Position numbers and translations under genes: made by a program. Under the pieces are notes generated by a model. That model worked only from the letters and a program-made list of their open reading frames with translations. It had not been told where the DNA came from and made no database searches. 57,597 bases of DNA from Trypethelium eluteriae (Eukaryota): contig JAVECL010000083.1 in NCBI GenBank assembly GCA_051942245.1, positions 1 to 57,597 on the forward strand, read 5' to 3'. This document shows positions 23,130-34,216 of the stretch, one piece after another; within the stretch, counting starts at the first letter, position 1, and the number at the start of each line of letters is the position of its first letter.

Positions 23130-23652
23130 ATTCGCTGGATGTCAAATCAACAGCAGATAGACTCGTCTTGTCTCCAAATTCAGCAAGAAAAAATAGAGAG
23201 ATGAGGGCTATTTGCAAGTTAAAACAAAGTTGGCGAAAATTCAGGCTCTTGTACGCGCAACAGGACGTTTTCTGTTGGCATTGGCATGGCCTTTGTATTG
23301 GAACAAGCTTCCCCACAAGAACGATTGTCGCAGTATATCTTTGAGCGTAACAAAGGTTTGAGGGGTCTGTGTGAGAGCAATCTCTCTTTCAAGTGTTATA
23401 ATCTCAAAGACCTGAAAGGATCCTTTCCAAGCGAAGACTCCGAAACCCATCCTTGCTCTTTGATCTAAGGGAAGTTGCATACTTCTTAGAACTTCACAGA
23501 AGTAAGATGACTAGGATTGATATGCACAGCTTGTGCTGTCTGGCAGCATCCAGAGAACAGCGTACGATACACTTCAATTCTTCCTTCAATTCTTCTGGCA
23601 GGTATTGCAACCAAATCCTGACCATTTCGCAATTCGAAATCTCTTTCACACC
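23130..23652. promoter_or_regulatory. Putative bidirectional promoter of cassette 4 (A4/B5)
   Basis: ~525 bp between the divergent ATGs at 23129 and 23653; conserved motif at 23134-23155. Confidence 0.5.
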
Positions 23653-24627
23653 ATGAATCTAAACACGGATTGGAACACATGGACACAGCACGGAGACCCT
23701 GGAGGTCAGCCAGACACCGCAAAAAATCCGAATGCGTCTTCTGGTCGGGATGGATGGGTGACTATCCAAGGTCAGGTCCGCAGTAAAGCCACCCGAGCCA
23801 ATGCAGTATCAAATGTGCCTGCCATGATTCCAAGTTCGTCTTTTGCGCAGAGCGGATCGGTCTGGAACCGGCGGAATCCCGCTTCACGGGGAGCATGCGA
23901 AGGGAAATATCACCAGACCTCAACTCTTCGACAGAGCACCATAGCCCAAAGTACTTTGGCTCCTGCAATACAGCCTTCGTACTATGGCAAGAGCGTTTGG
24001 GATCAGCATCCTGCGAATGAGAACTGGTTTCATGGATTTGCATCAAAAGAGAGGTTTGAAGAAGGGGCGATAATTCTTGCACCCTACCTTGAACCGCTCT
24101 ACAACCAAAAGATCTTACCAGGAGATGCAGATAGAGCCGAGACCCAGATTGGTGCGGCATGCGCAAAGCATCGCCCTTTCATCCTTCTCAGTAAGAGCGC
24201 GGAACATTTCAAAGCGATACCCCTGTATACATACCAAGGTCAAGGGATCGGATCAAAAAGCCCAGAGGTCCAGGCGGAGCATGTGAGCGTGGCGCGATCG
24301 GGATATCCGTACAAGCAGCAAGGTCCGTATAAACCTCTCTATCTTGAACCCAACTGTCCCTGGCAGGTAAAGGAAACTTGCGTCGCGCACTTCACTGAGG
24401 TATCAACTTTTTCTTATTCCTGCCCTATCAAAGGTCTGGGATATGTCAAACGCGAAAGCTACGTCCAGTTAGCCGAACTGCATTTGAAGAATGTGCATAG
24501 TAGCATCAGTAAGAAGGTGAGTTACATGAAAGAGCAACTAGAAGCTCGTCAGAATTCCCAAGCGCCGATGCGCCTCGGAGCACTTGCCGGGATGAGTGTC
24601 CATAGACTGACATCGGTTGCGGCATAA
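23653..24627 (+). CDS. Cassette gene B5: PemK/MazF-like (DUF6590-like) protein
   Basis: First ATG of the 23533-24627 ORF is at 23653 (cacaccATG). Core: EEGAIILAPYLEPL...RAETQIGAACAKHRPFILLSK..EHFKAIPLYTYQGQGI...CVAHFTEVSTFSYSCPIKGLGYVKRESYVQL. Confidence 0.88.
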   Translation: MNLNTDWNTWTQHGDPGGQPDTAKNPNASSGRDGWVTIQGQVRSKATRANAVSNVPAMIPSSSFAQSGSVWNRRNPASRGACEGKYHQTSTLRQSTIAQSTLAPAIQPSYYGKSVWDQHPANENWFHGFASKERFEEGAIILAPYLEPLYNQKILPGDADRAETQIGAACAKHRPFILLSKSAEHFKAIPLYTYQGQGIGSKSPEVQAEHVSVARSGYPYKQQGPYKPLYLEPNCPWQVKETCVAHFTEVSTFSYSCPIKGLGYVKRESYVQLAELHLKNVHSSISKKVSYMKEQLEARQNSQAPMRLGALAGMSVHRLTSVAA

Positions 24628-25111
24628 GATCTCTTTAGTATACCTTCTGGAGAATACTGTCTCATTTCGACTAACTTTTCCTTGGTGAACCTCATTGTCC
24701 TCATGTAACACGAAGTTTTATCAGTTGGCGAGGTCCCGGCGACAACTTCCGTCGCTAGATAGGTCACGTAAAAAGGCGCAATTGCCATTTGAGAAGGCTC
24801 AATCGCCATCTTCGCGACCAGAAGATCTAGATTTGCCTTGATCTCTCCAAGTGCGATATCACAGCCACAAAAGATCTGTGATGAAGTGTTACGATCTCAT
24901 TGCTCAAAACGTGTTCGGCCTTCTAGTGAATGAAATAAAGCCTGTATCGAGCATTTTAGAGATTCATCAGATGACAATGGGAGTGTGCTTCTGCTACTTG
25001 ATCGTGTGATATCGACAGAGGACTGTGTGAAATTCACAAATCACATTGTGCTTAGGATGTAATTGTAAAACACGGACAGAAAACCAATCACCGAAAGCCG
25101 CAAGATACTTC

Positions 25112-25777
25112 ATGCAAAAAACTGGGAAAATGAACTCACACAATAATATCGACAAATGCCAACATCCCACATGGAATGGTAAGGAAGATCACCCTGACCC
25201 GCTGGCGACTCAGCAAAAGCTCAATAACGGCTCTCAGAATGCCCCGCGTCAAGGTGTCAAGCTTGACATGTACAAGCTAAATGTCCTTGCGGACCTAGCA
25301 TCTACGTTGCCATACCTGCCAGCACCAGAGAAAACAGGCTCCGAGACAGAGACAGAATCGGAGCTAGGGACGTCCGAGGATCTACCAGAAAGGCCAACAG
25401 CTTGGGAAATACTTCTAAAAGCGGCAGACGAAGAGTACAAGAAGGATTGCCGGGTGCACCGTATTCAGCTCAAATTGGAGACCGAAGACAGCCACATGAG
25501 CGGCAGGCTAAAGAAATGGCACAAGCCGTGGACGACGGCGGAGAATGCTGCTCTTTTGACACTAAAAGCCGAAGGACTTTCATTCAAGGATATGGAGAGA
25601 CTGTTGCCAGGCCGCTTCTCGAGCGCGATACAGCAGCGGTGGTACAGGATCAGGCACAAGATTGAACGGCACACGCGCCGTGGTGACGGTCCTAGTGATC
25701 AGATGGATCATGGCAGTTCCGAGGATGGTGAGGTAAGAAAACTGAGAAGATCTAAGAGGAAGAAATTCGTAGCATGA
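25112..25777 (+). CDS. Small Myb/SANT-like domain protein
   Basis: KPWTTAENAALLTLKAEGLSFKDMERLLPGRFSSAIQQRWYRI matches a single Myb repeat (W-T-x-x-E...L...PGR...R-W). Basic C-terminus KLRRSKRKK is a possible NLS. Start ATG at 25112 or 25130. Confidence 0.7.
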   Translation: MQKTGKMNSHNNIDKCQHPTWNGKEDHPDPLATQQKLNNGSQNAPRQGVKLDMYKLNVLADLASTLPYLPAPEKTGSETETESELGTSEDLPERPTAWEILLKAADEEYKKDCRVHRIQLKLETEDSHMSGRLKKWHKPWTTAENAALLTLKAEGLSFKDMERLLPGRFSSAIQQRWYRIRHKIERHTRRGDGPSDQMDHGSSEDGEVRKLRRSKRKKFVA

Positions 25778-26132
25778 CTGATGGCGATAGATCTAGATGA
25801 CGGATGAAGGCCACCTAAATGTTGAGGGAGGAGATAGAGGAAATCGAAGCCATCCGTGCCATGGAGGTTTGATGGTAGGATAATTTATTGTTGCTCAGGA
25901 ATTGCTGAGCTTTTTAAAACGAGTTTCGAGCTATTGCCTCTCAATTCTATCGCTAGCAGGCCGTTCTTTTTAATTCTCGACTTGACTTACCCTAGCAGAA
26001 GCACTCGCCTTCTCCCTTCAACTCCATGGAGCGACACGTAGCGCCCTATTCCTTGTAACGTCGCTAAAATAGTAGGGGCTGCTTCGCGCTTCATTTCACG
26101 ATCCGCATTTTCCATTGATTCATTCCATTGAA

Positions 26133-27418
26133 TCAAGACATGACAGACTGGCCATTAAGGTGCGCGTCTTTCATGATATGAGTGGAGTGTTGAATATAGG
26201 TACGTGTAACACTGATATCTTTCTCTGGATCGTATCTCTCAAGGCTTCCTAGCGGCGCATACTTCTCGCATAAGAATAGCATATCGTTGTAGGCTCTGGA
26301 TCATATCACTCAACGTTACATCGGGCGTCAATAGTGGTACTCACATTGATCTTGAGATACTTCCTGCATGTCCTGCAGAATCATTCAAATACGGATGAAG
26401 ATTGTACAATCGGTTGCGGTCATCCCATTCTTCTACAGGCTCCGACGGCTCGATGTGGCGTTGTAAAGTCGCATGTATATTGGAGACTTGAAGTGGAACG
26501 CCCAAGAACACCTCCATGTCCCAAATTCCATTTCATTATGAGCATAGGTGCAACCGGGATCAAAGACGATGGTCTCGCCAGTCTCCATATCAATTCCTAT
26601 GTTTTGCTCCCACAGATCTCCGTGGATCAATGCTGGCTCAATGTTACGGCCATTGGATTGGAGGGGCACCCAGAAGTCTTGATATGACTGCGTCGATGAG
26701 CTGCCTACAAGCGGCGTCATACTCCGGCCAGGGACCATTTGTCTCATTGTCGTACTTAATGACATCCCACAGCTGATTTGCGAAACATTTTGCCCAGCTT
26801 CTTTCCCATGTCACTGTTCGTTCAAAGATACCGCACACAGTCGGGACTGGGAATCCAAACAATCCATTGGGGGATTTGCCTTTCGAATGAAGTTCAGCTA
26901 CTTGAGTTGTAAAGCTGGCCGGTTCTGGAGCAGCTGAAAGGTCCATATCATGGTAATCGCCCAGAAAGAAGTATACTTGCGATTCTCCAATGTGATATTG
27001 ACCCCATCCAGCTGCTTGAGGAACGAATCCCGGTATTATGGCGTTGATGGCCGAGGCAGACTCGTATTCACCTTCGGCCAGAGACTGTGCAGTTCGGCCT
27101 ATTGCACACTGCATGGGATCAGTTATTCATCATGCAAAACGCCATTGATTATTTTAAATTGTACGCAGGCTTACCTTGAGAAAATATCTCTTAGGACTCC
27201 CGTCTGGAAGAACGACAGAGATCTTCGCAGTCTTCGTCCAGGCAGATACATCACAAGACTCTGCCAAGATGACTCTCGTCCCACTTGGCATTGCTAAGGG
27301 ACTGGCGTTTATTGAAGTCAATGAACAGCCGAGCATGAAGATGCTTACCTTTGACGACAGCTTTATGGAGAGGGAAGTTCCCCTCAACACCAAAGGCTAA
27401 CTCAGACGATTCTGACAT
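26133..27418 (-). pseudogene. Fructosamine/ketosamine-3-kinase family gene with two frameshifts
   Basis: Motifs RYFLK, AEGEYES, ELHSKGKSPNGLFGFPVPTVCG, PALIHGDLWEQN, FDPGCTYAHNEMEFG, SEPVEEWDDRNRLY. Extra C near 26665 and a missing base near 26462. ATG at 27418, TGA at 26133, three GT..AG introns. Confidence 0.85.
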
Positions 27419-28913
27419 ATCTTAAAGAGTCGAAATCAAGGGAGGAGATCTAGCGAAAGGCCCGGAGGCTCAGAAAAATTGGATTTGAGGCACATCTCTG
27501 AAGATAACAGGTGTTGACCCCTTAGGATTGGACCTGCAGGAGGGTCAGGCGGGCATGCGCCCACGTCGGCTTGATAAAACCAATTGCTTGGCACTACAAA
27601 AGAAAAGTGATACGATAATTAGCAACACAAAGTAGGGCGTTTCGCAAAGGAAAGTCATTCGCCTATCGAAAGCGCCAACCAATTTACCCCACTTCTCCGT
27701 CCCCGGTGCATCAGCCTAATACGGAGTACAGCAGTATGAGACATCTGTAGCTTCCCCTGAGAATCCTTCGCTTACACCGGTACCCAGGCTTTGACAGAAT
27801 GATCCATTCAGAAGGTAGAAATCTTCGAGCTGCTAACCAATGAGGAATTTTAGCTATTTCTTCTAGCTACAACTTCCCAAATGTGCATAAGAAAACTTTC
27901 TTGGAGGGTTTACCCTGATGGCAGCGTGTTCGATGAGCTCAAGGTGATCAAGAATTTGCAGCCTCGGGCGCACCGGGCGTAACTTTCGATTTATCAATAG
28001 ATACTCTGTACTCGTGTGGCGTTTTTCCTTTTGCTAAAGCGTATGAGAGAAGATGATAGGCTACGGGCAACGAACCTGGCACACGGCAGAGTGCGTGAGT
28101 GCGTGCGGTATCTAGCTGCTCAGGTGCCCCCCACTCGTGAAACCCTGCCCTTCCCGTCTGGAACTTTGCGACATTTGCGCTCATTTCTCCACAGCTTCAT
28201 TCATACTTTGCCTACAAACAGTATACATGTGAGTGCAAAAAGCTACATGTCGATGAGAATAATGAATATACTCGTTTCAAGTGAGTGATAGTGACAAAGC
28301 ATGCGCAAAGTTACTGTATGCAGAGCTGTATCGCGCATCTACTTAACGCTCGACAGCTCTTCTGGAGGCTGATGGCCGCCCTGTGCGACATCGTAGACAT
28401 TGCCTGTCGCGAGATCAGGGAACGGCTGAAAATCTACTAGGGTACGATACCACCAATCTTGATTCGTCGTCTGCCTTCCCCCTTCTTGTTGGCGCCTGTG
28501 TGTTCTATTTGATAAAAGTCTTCTTGCTGGATTTCATCTGTCATTTGAGAAGCCATCTCTCTCATCACCTACGACCTTTCCATTACTCCTCGTCACTTTC
28601 CAGCTTGCGGGATAAATCTGTCCTAGTATCGTTTATCATCTTCGTTATCGTAGTTCGCAAATATTTCAGTTCCAAATCCCTTCCAAACTTTATCGATGCC
28701 GATCTGAGACCCATAGAATTCATTTCTCTCACCGTGTTTCGTGCTGAGATCTATGTACTTGATAGACCGCGCAGCATCACTAAATCTGTGCGAAGAGGCG
28801 ATCGTAGAGTAGTGACTTGAAGTACTGGCAAGCCCTTGAAACATATCCAACCAAGTCGGACGTCCGCGTACAAGTCTCCAACCTCTTAAACAAGCTTCAA
28901 CTCTACAGATGTC

Positions 28914-31900
28914 ATGGTAAGCTTTCAGTTCCCCTCCGAATCATGTATCTTGACTCCTGGACAGTTCTCGAAAGGTTTCATCTTCAGAAGAAAGAGTAGC
29001 GATGACAACCGTTACGAAAGGTCTCGCAGTCGTCATTCGAGTCGATCTAGCCTCTCACCTTCAAACGAGGAAGGCGACTGTCGGACTATAAATCCGCTGT
29101 CACAATTATCGACACCCACCAACCTACCTATTCGGAAGTACAGCGAAACTGACCCCGGCCCCTTGGGTTTGAACGTTATCTACACCCCTGAAAATGGCCA
29201 CAAGGCTGACATAGTCTTCGTGCATGGGCTTGGGGGAGGTAGTCGCTGGACCTGGTCGAAGTCCAGAAACCCAGAGCTGCTATGGCCATTGACGTTCTTG
29301 CCACTTGAGCCAGATATCTGCCTGGCAAGAATACTTAGCTTTGGGTACAATGCAAATTTCAAAAAGGCCGGTAGTGTCGGCACTGTGGTACTAGACTTTG
29401 CGAAAGAGTTGCTCTTCGACCTTAAATATGCTAGGGATGAGGCAAAACGGGATCTGAAAATGGGCAGGGTATGTCAGATCCATGTATCATCAATTCGTTA
29501 GGATCTGACAGCATTCCAAGGTTCCCCTTATTTTTGTTGTCCACAGTATGGGAGGACTCATTGTCAAGGAGGTAAAGTGTCTGCCAAGTCACACAAACCA
29601 CTCTTACAATGGACAGGCGTATATTCAAGGCCAAAACGATCCCGAATACGAAGAAATCATCCGAGCGATTTCAGCGATCACTTTCCTCGCAACTCCACAC
29701 AGGGGTACTAACTTAGCAGAAACACTGAATCGCATACTACAACTAACAATTATCAGCAACTCAAAGCAGTATATATCTGAACTCGCAAGGAACTCATTTT
29801 CGCTGCAAAAGCTCAACGAGCAGTTTCGTCACATCGCACCCAGACTTGATATTGTGTCTTTCTATGAGACCCAACCTACACCTCTTGGTCTCATGAATGC
29901 TCAATTGGTATGTCAATGCTGACACCATCCACTCTCATTTTATGCTAACTCATGGAGATGGTACTGGAGAAGGACTCATCTGTACTTGGCTATCCAGGGG
30001 AGACATCAAAGGCATTGAATGCAGACCACCATGGCATTTGCAAGTTCGACAGCCCTAGAGATCCGAACTACATCACAGTGAGAAATGTTTTGAAGTCTCT
30101 TGTCGCCAAAATTATTTCGACGAGCAGATCAAATGAACAAGTGGTCTTGAATGGGAGAGAAACGCGTGATTTGAAGGCCATAATGGCCATCTCAGAACTA
30201 CCGGATGAAGACTACATTTTCTTTCGAGACCAATGGACTCGAGGAACTAATGAGTGGATTGTTCGAGAAGAGGCTTTCATCGAATGGCTCAATGCCAAAG
30301 GACCAGGTCTCCATTTGCTTTGGCTGAATGGCGGAGCAGCAACTGGGAAGTCTGTGTTGTCTTCCTTCGTCATTAATAATCTGATTGAGAGAGACTACTG
30401 CTGTCAGTACTTTTTCTTCAGATTTGGCAATCGAAAGAAACGCACATTGAGCCTACTTCTTCGCTCAATCGCTTACCAAATTGGCCAGCGTATACCTAAA
30501 TTCATGCGCAAGGTTATCGAGGTTGCAGATGAAGCCGTGGATTTCGAAAGCGCCGATCCGAGAACCATATGGCAACGCATCTTCAAGTCAATACTCTTCA
30601 GAATGGAAGAACAGCAAAGCTTATACTGGGTCATAGACGGCCTTGATGAAGCGGATGGTTCTCGGGCTCTGATTAGAATGCTCTCTGATATAGCAATGCC
30701 TTCAACGCCTATCTACATTCTACTTGTTAGTCGCGAGACCTCAGAGATATCGACGACCCTAAAGAAGCTCCCAATAGCAGTACATCGAGCAACGATATGC
30801 ATAGAAACGCACCAGGAAGATCTACGATGTCACATCCGTCAAGTATTAAGTATGAGCGGTACCGCTGGATTCAGGGATAGCATCATTAAGCGATTAGTGG
30901 AAGGGGCAGAAAACAACTTTCTTGTGAGTATCGCAAGATACATATTTTCTGTCTACCGACACTAATGGGCTTATTAGTGGGTACGACTTGCTGTTGAGAA
31001 GTTGAACACATGCCATACGCATGCCGATGTAGAGAAAGCTTTGCAAGAGCTGCCGGTTGGCATGGAAGCACTTTACGATCGAATGGCTACATCAATCACA
31101 CGGGATCTAACGCCTCCAGACCAAGCATTGGCATCGACTCTTTTACAGTGTGTCACCTGTTCATTCCGGACATTGACAGTTGAAGAGCTGTCTCAAGTAT
31201 TGTATGAGGATATCTCCGGAATGTTGGATTTTCAGCAATCCATCATGGAATTATGCGGAGGTTTTGTTGTCGTCGATAACAGTGGCAATGTCACTATGAT
31301 CCATCAGACTGCTCGGGAGTACTTATTCGCTGATGGTGGTCGCCCTTTCAATGTCAATCGTGACGTCGCCCACGAGCAATTATTCTTGCGCCGCATGACA
31401 AGTCTCATATCCAATGGCCTTCGAGCAAAAATCACCCGAAACACGAAACCTGAGTTCGTTGACTATAGCTCTACTTGGTGGTCCTCGCACCTAGCGCTAA
31501 TCCCCCCCGCTTACGAGCAAGTGGCTGACGTGCTCAAAAAATTTCTGACTGGTCACTCGATCTTGACATGGATCCAACTCCTTGCAATGGACAAGCAGCT
31601 ACGGATACTTGTTCAGACATCCAAAAATCTTTCCAAATACGTTACTAGATGGTCAGAGTATGTCCCAGAGCGAATGAAAGCGGGCGATGAAACCCATCGT
31701 TTCGTTGAGCATCAACTTATTGAAAGTTGGGCTGTGGACCTGGTGAAGATAGTTGGAAAATTTGGTACAAATCTGCGACGAAATCCTACATCAATCTATA
31801 AAATGATCCCTCCATTCTGTCCACCAAATTCCGCTATTTATCAACAGTTTGGGAAGATAGAAGCCAGAAATCTGGCGGTATCGGGTCTTTCAGGACTGAA

Positions 31901-34067
31901 CTGGGATGACTTGCATGCCCGTTTGCCCCTTGGGCATGGGACATATGCTTCTTTCATATCTGCCGCAGGAGCTCACATTGCAGTCCTTGCTTCTTCAGGA
32001 AGTGTATATATCTATGAATCCACGGCCTTCGAAGAAGCGGCAAGCAGTCCAATGAAGCATGGTGAACGAGTATACAGGATGGAGTTGAATAATACTGGCA
32101 CCATGCTTGTTACTTACGGCTTCAAAACGACGAAAGTCTGGAGTATACCCACAGGAAAATGTAAACTCACTGTGGAGGATCTCGAATCACGACCCCGGCC
32201 GCTTGCCATGCTTCTGACTAACAATAATAATTCGCTCATAGTTGGGACAGAAGATAGACGAATGAGATCCCTCAACCTGAACGAGCCGTCGCCAGTTTGG
32301 CGATCCATGGTAGAGCTCGAGGAGCCTGAGCTCGACGGACACTTCTTGAATTCTTCGAGCTATATGGCGTTCAATGACGACGGCACTTTAGTGGCTGTAG
32401 CCTATCGAGGGCATCCACTGTCAGCGTGGGAGATTGATGGTCCAGTGCACATCAATCATTGCTGGCGCGCTCGAGAAGAAGTTGCTAGAGGTGAGGTCAT
32501 CGACGCAGTGTGGCACCCACATGCTCCGGAGATTTTGGGGCTCTACATTGAAGGTGTTGTCTTCAAATGGAACCCTTACGAGGGTGAGCCTGAAGAAATG
32601 ATCACCGGAGCATCGAACTTAGCAATCAGCAAAGATGGAAATCTCTTTGCTACTGGCGATGTCCATGGGGCGGTCAAAATTTTCACCACAGCGAGCTTTA
32701 CTCTACTTTATCAATCGGCATCGCAAGATACTGTCCTCGGCTTGGCATTCAGCCCAGATCTACGTCGTTTTTACGACATCCGGGGTTATTACGGAAATGC
32801 TTGGGAACCGAACGCGTTGGTGCGATATGCAGAACGTGGAGGGAAAGGAACCGAGAGTGACAGCGAAACCGAGAGCCTTACCCAAAATTCCATGGCTTCC
32901 GTTGTCTCATCGCCGGGGATTGACTGCATTACGGTACTAGCAAGTTCGCCAGTCGGTCGTCTATACTGCTATGGTACAGAATATGGAACCGTGCAGTTAT
33001 GTGACACCCAGCGAGGCAAACTTTCTGATTTGCACTTTTCAAAAAGCTTTTTGAGCACCGAGCAATTAGCTTGGAGTAACGATGGGCGATATGTTTGCTT
33101 TTCAGACGCCAGTAAGAAGATTTTTATAGTCTCCATAGTTCCCGGTACCGTTGACTCCGACCCGATTGTCGAAACTAAGATCGAAATATCAATGAAGAAC
33201 AATACGAAGGGTCCTATCATACAGCTACTATTTCGCTCGAACTCAACCCACCTATTGGTATGCACCTCATCAGGAATCAGTACAGTTTCACTCGAATCAG
33301 CGTTAGTACGACACTCGCTGGAGTGGCAGTCAGCTGAATACAGATGGATTACGCATCCTAATAATCCTACGTTGTTACTTGGATTTGGACCCAATATCGT
33401 CAGAAAACTTGATTGGGACTTGAACGTGATAAACACATACCAATTTTCATATCCACTCCATACAGACACTCAATTCGGGGGAAAGGACATCCCAGCTCCG
33501 AGTATCGTTGACCGAGTTCTTGTTACTTACGACAAAAAGCACGTGCTAGCCCAGATGTCTTTTGGGCAGAGTTCGAAAGAAAAGGCGCTTTTGTTCTTCG
33601 CCACGTCATTCTTTTCAGTGTCTAAACCTACCATTTTTGAGGCTAACCCCACTGAAGAGGCGACGACTATTGCTCCAACCCTTCTTCCACAATACTTGAC
33701 CGCACAACTTGCCGTCGCACTCTGCTTTCTCACACACGATCGCCTTGTATTTCTCTCCAAAGCCTTCTCAGTCTGTTCTTGGAGAGTTGTATCAGATCCA
33801 GATATCTCTTTCCCTTCTTCGTCTTCAGCCATACCTTCTGATGGTATCGCTTCGATTGCTTCGAGCGAGAGACATCCTCAAAACCATCACCATGGTCACC
33901 GCACTAGTACTCCAGTTGCGAAAACAGTTAACGAGATCTTTATGACACCGGCAGATTGGAATAGTAGAGACTATTCGAATTTATGTACTGTGTGGCGCAT
34001 AGAGAAGTCTCTATTGTGTCCGAGGAATGGGGAGGTTGCTCTTATTAGATCTGCCGGTTTGGTCTGA
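28914..34067 (+). CDS. NLR-like protein: N-terminal alpha/beta-hydrolase (SesB/PGAP1-like) - NACHT - WD40-like repeats
   Basis: DIVFVHGLGGGS..TW, ARILSFGYNA, nucleophile elbow FVVHSMGGLIVK, FLATPHRG, LNADHHGICKF; Walker A GGAATGKS, Walker B WVIDGLDE; FLWVRL (spliced), IHQTAREYL; degenerate WD repeats (LAFSPD, LAWSNDG). Several short introns. Confidence 0.92.
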
Positions 34068-34216
34068 GTTGTTTTATGACCTCACTCTAAATATTGATCA
34101 TTCAGGATGGATTAAGGATTGAGGGTGTTATGTTCCATTGCGTACAGGTTCTGAGTAAACAGGAAACGTACCGTCCAAAGCTCCAATTAACATATCACAA
34201 GGACGTTCATCTAAAG

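Noticed and set aside
3124..24627. Bacterial contamination or a recently transferred mazEF operon
   Set aside because: The cassettes are interleaved with intron-containing fungal genes, are divergent rather than operonic, and A is far larger than MazE with no AbrB-type domain visible.
3124..24627. Identification with known fungal drivers (Spok, wtf, rfk-1/rsk, het-s)
   Set aside because: I recognise no sequence motifs of those proteins; the resemblance is architectural only.
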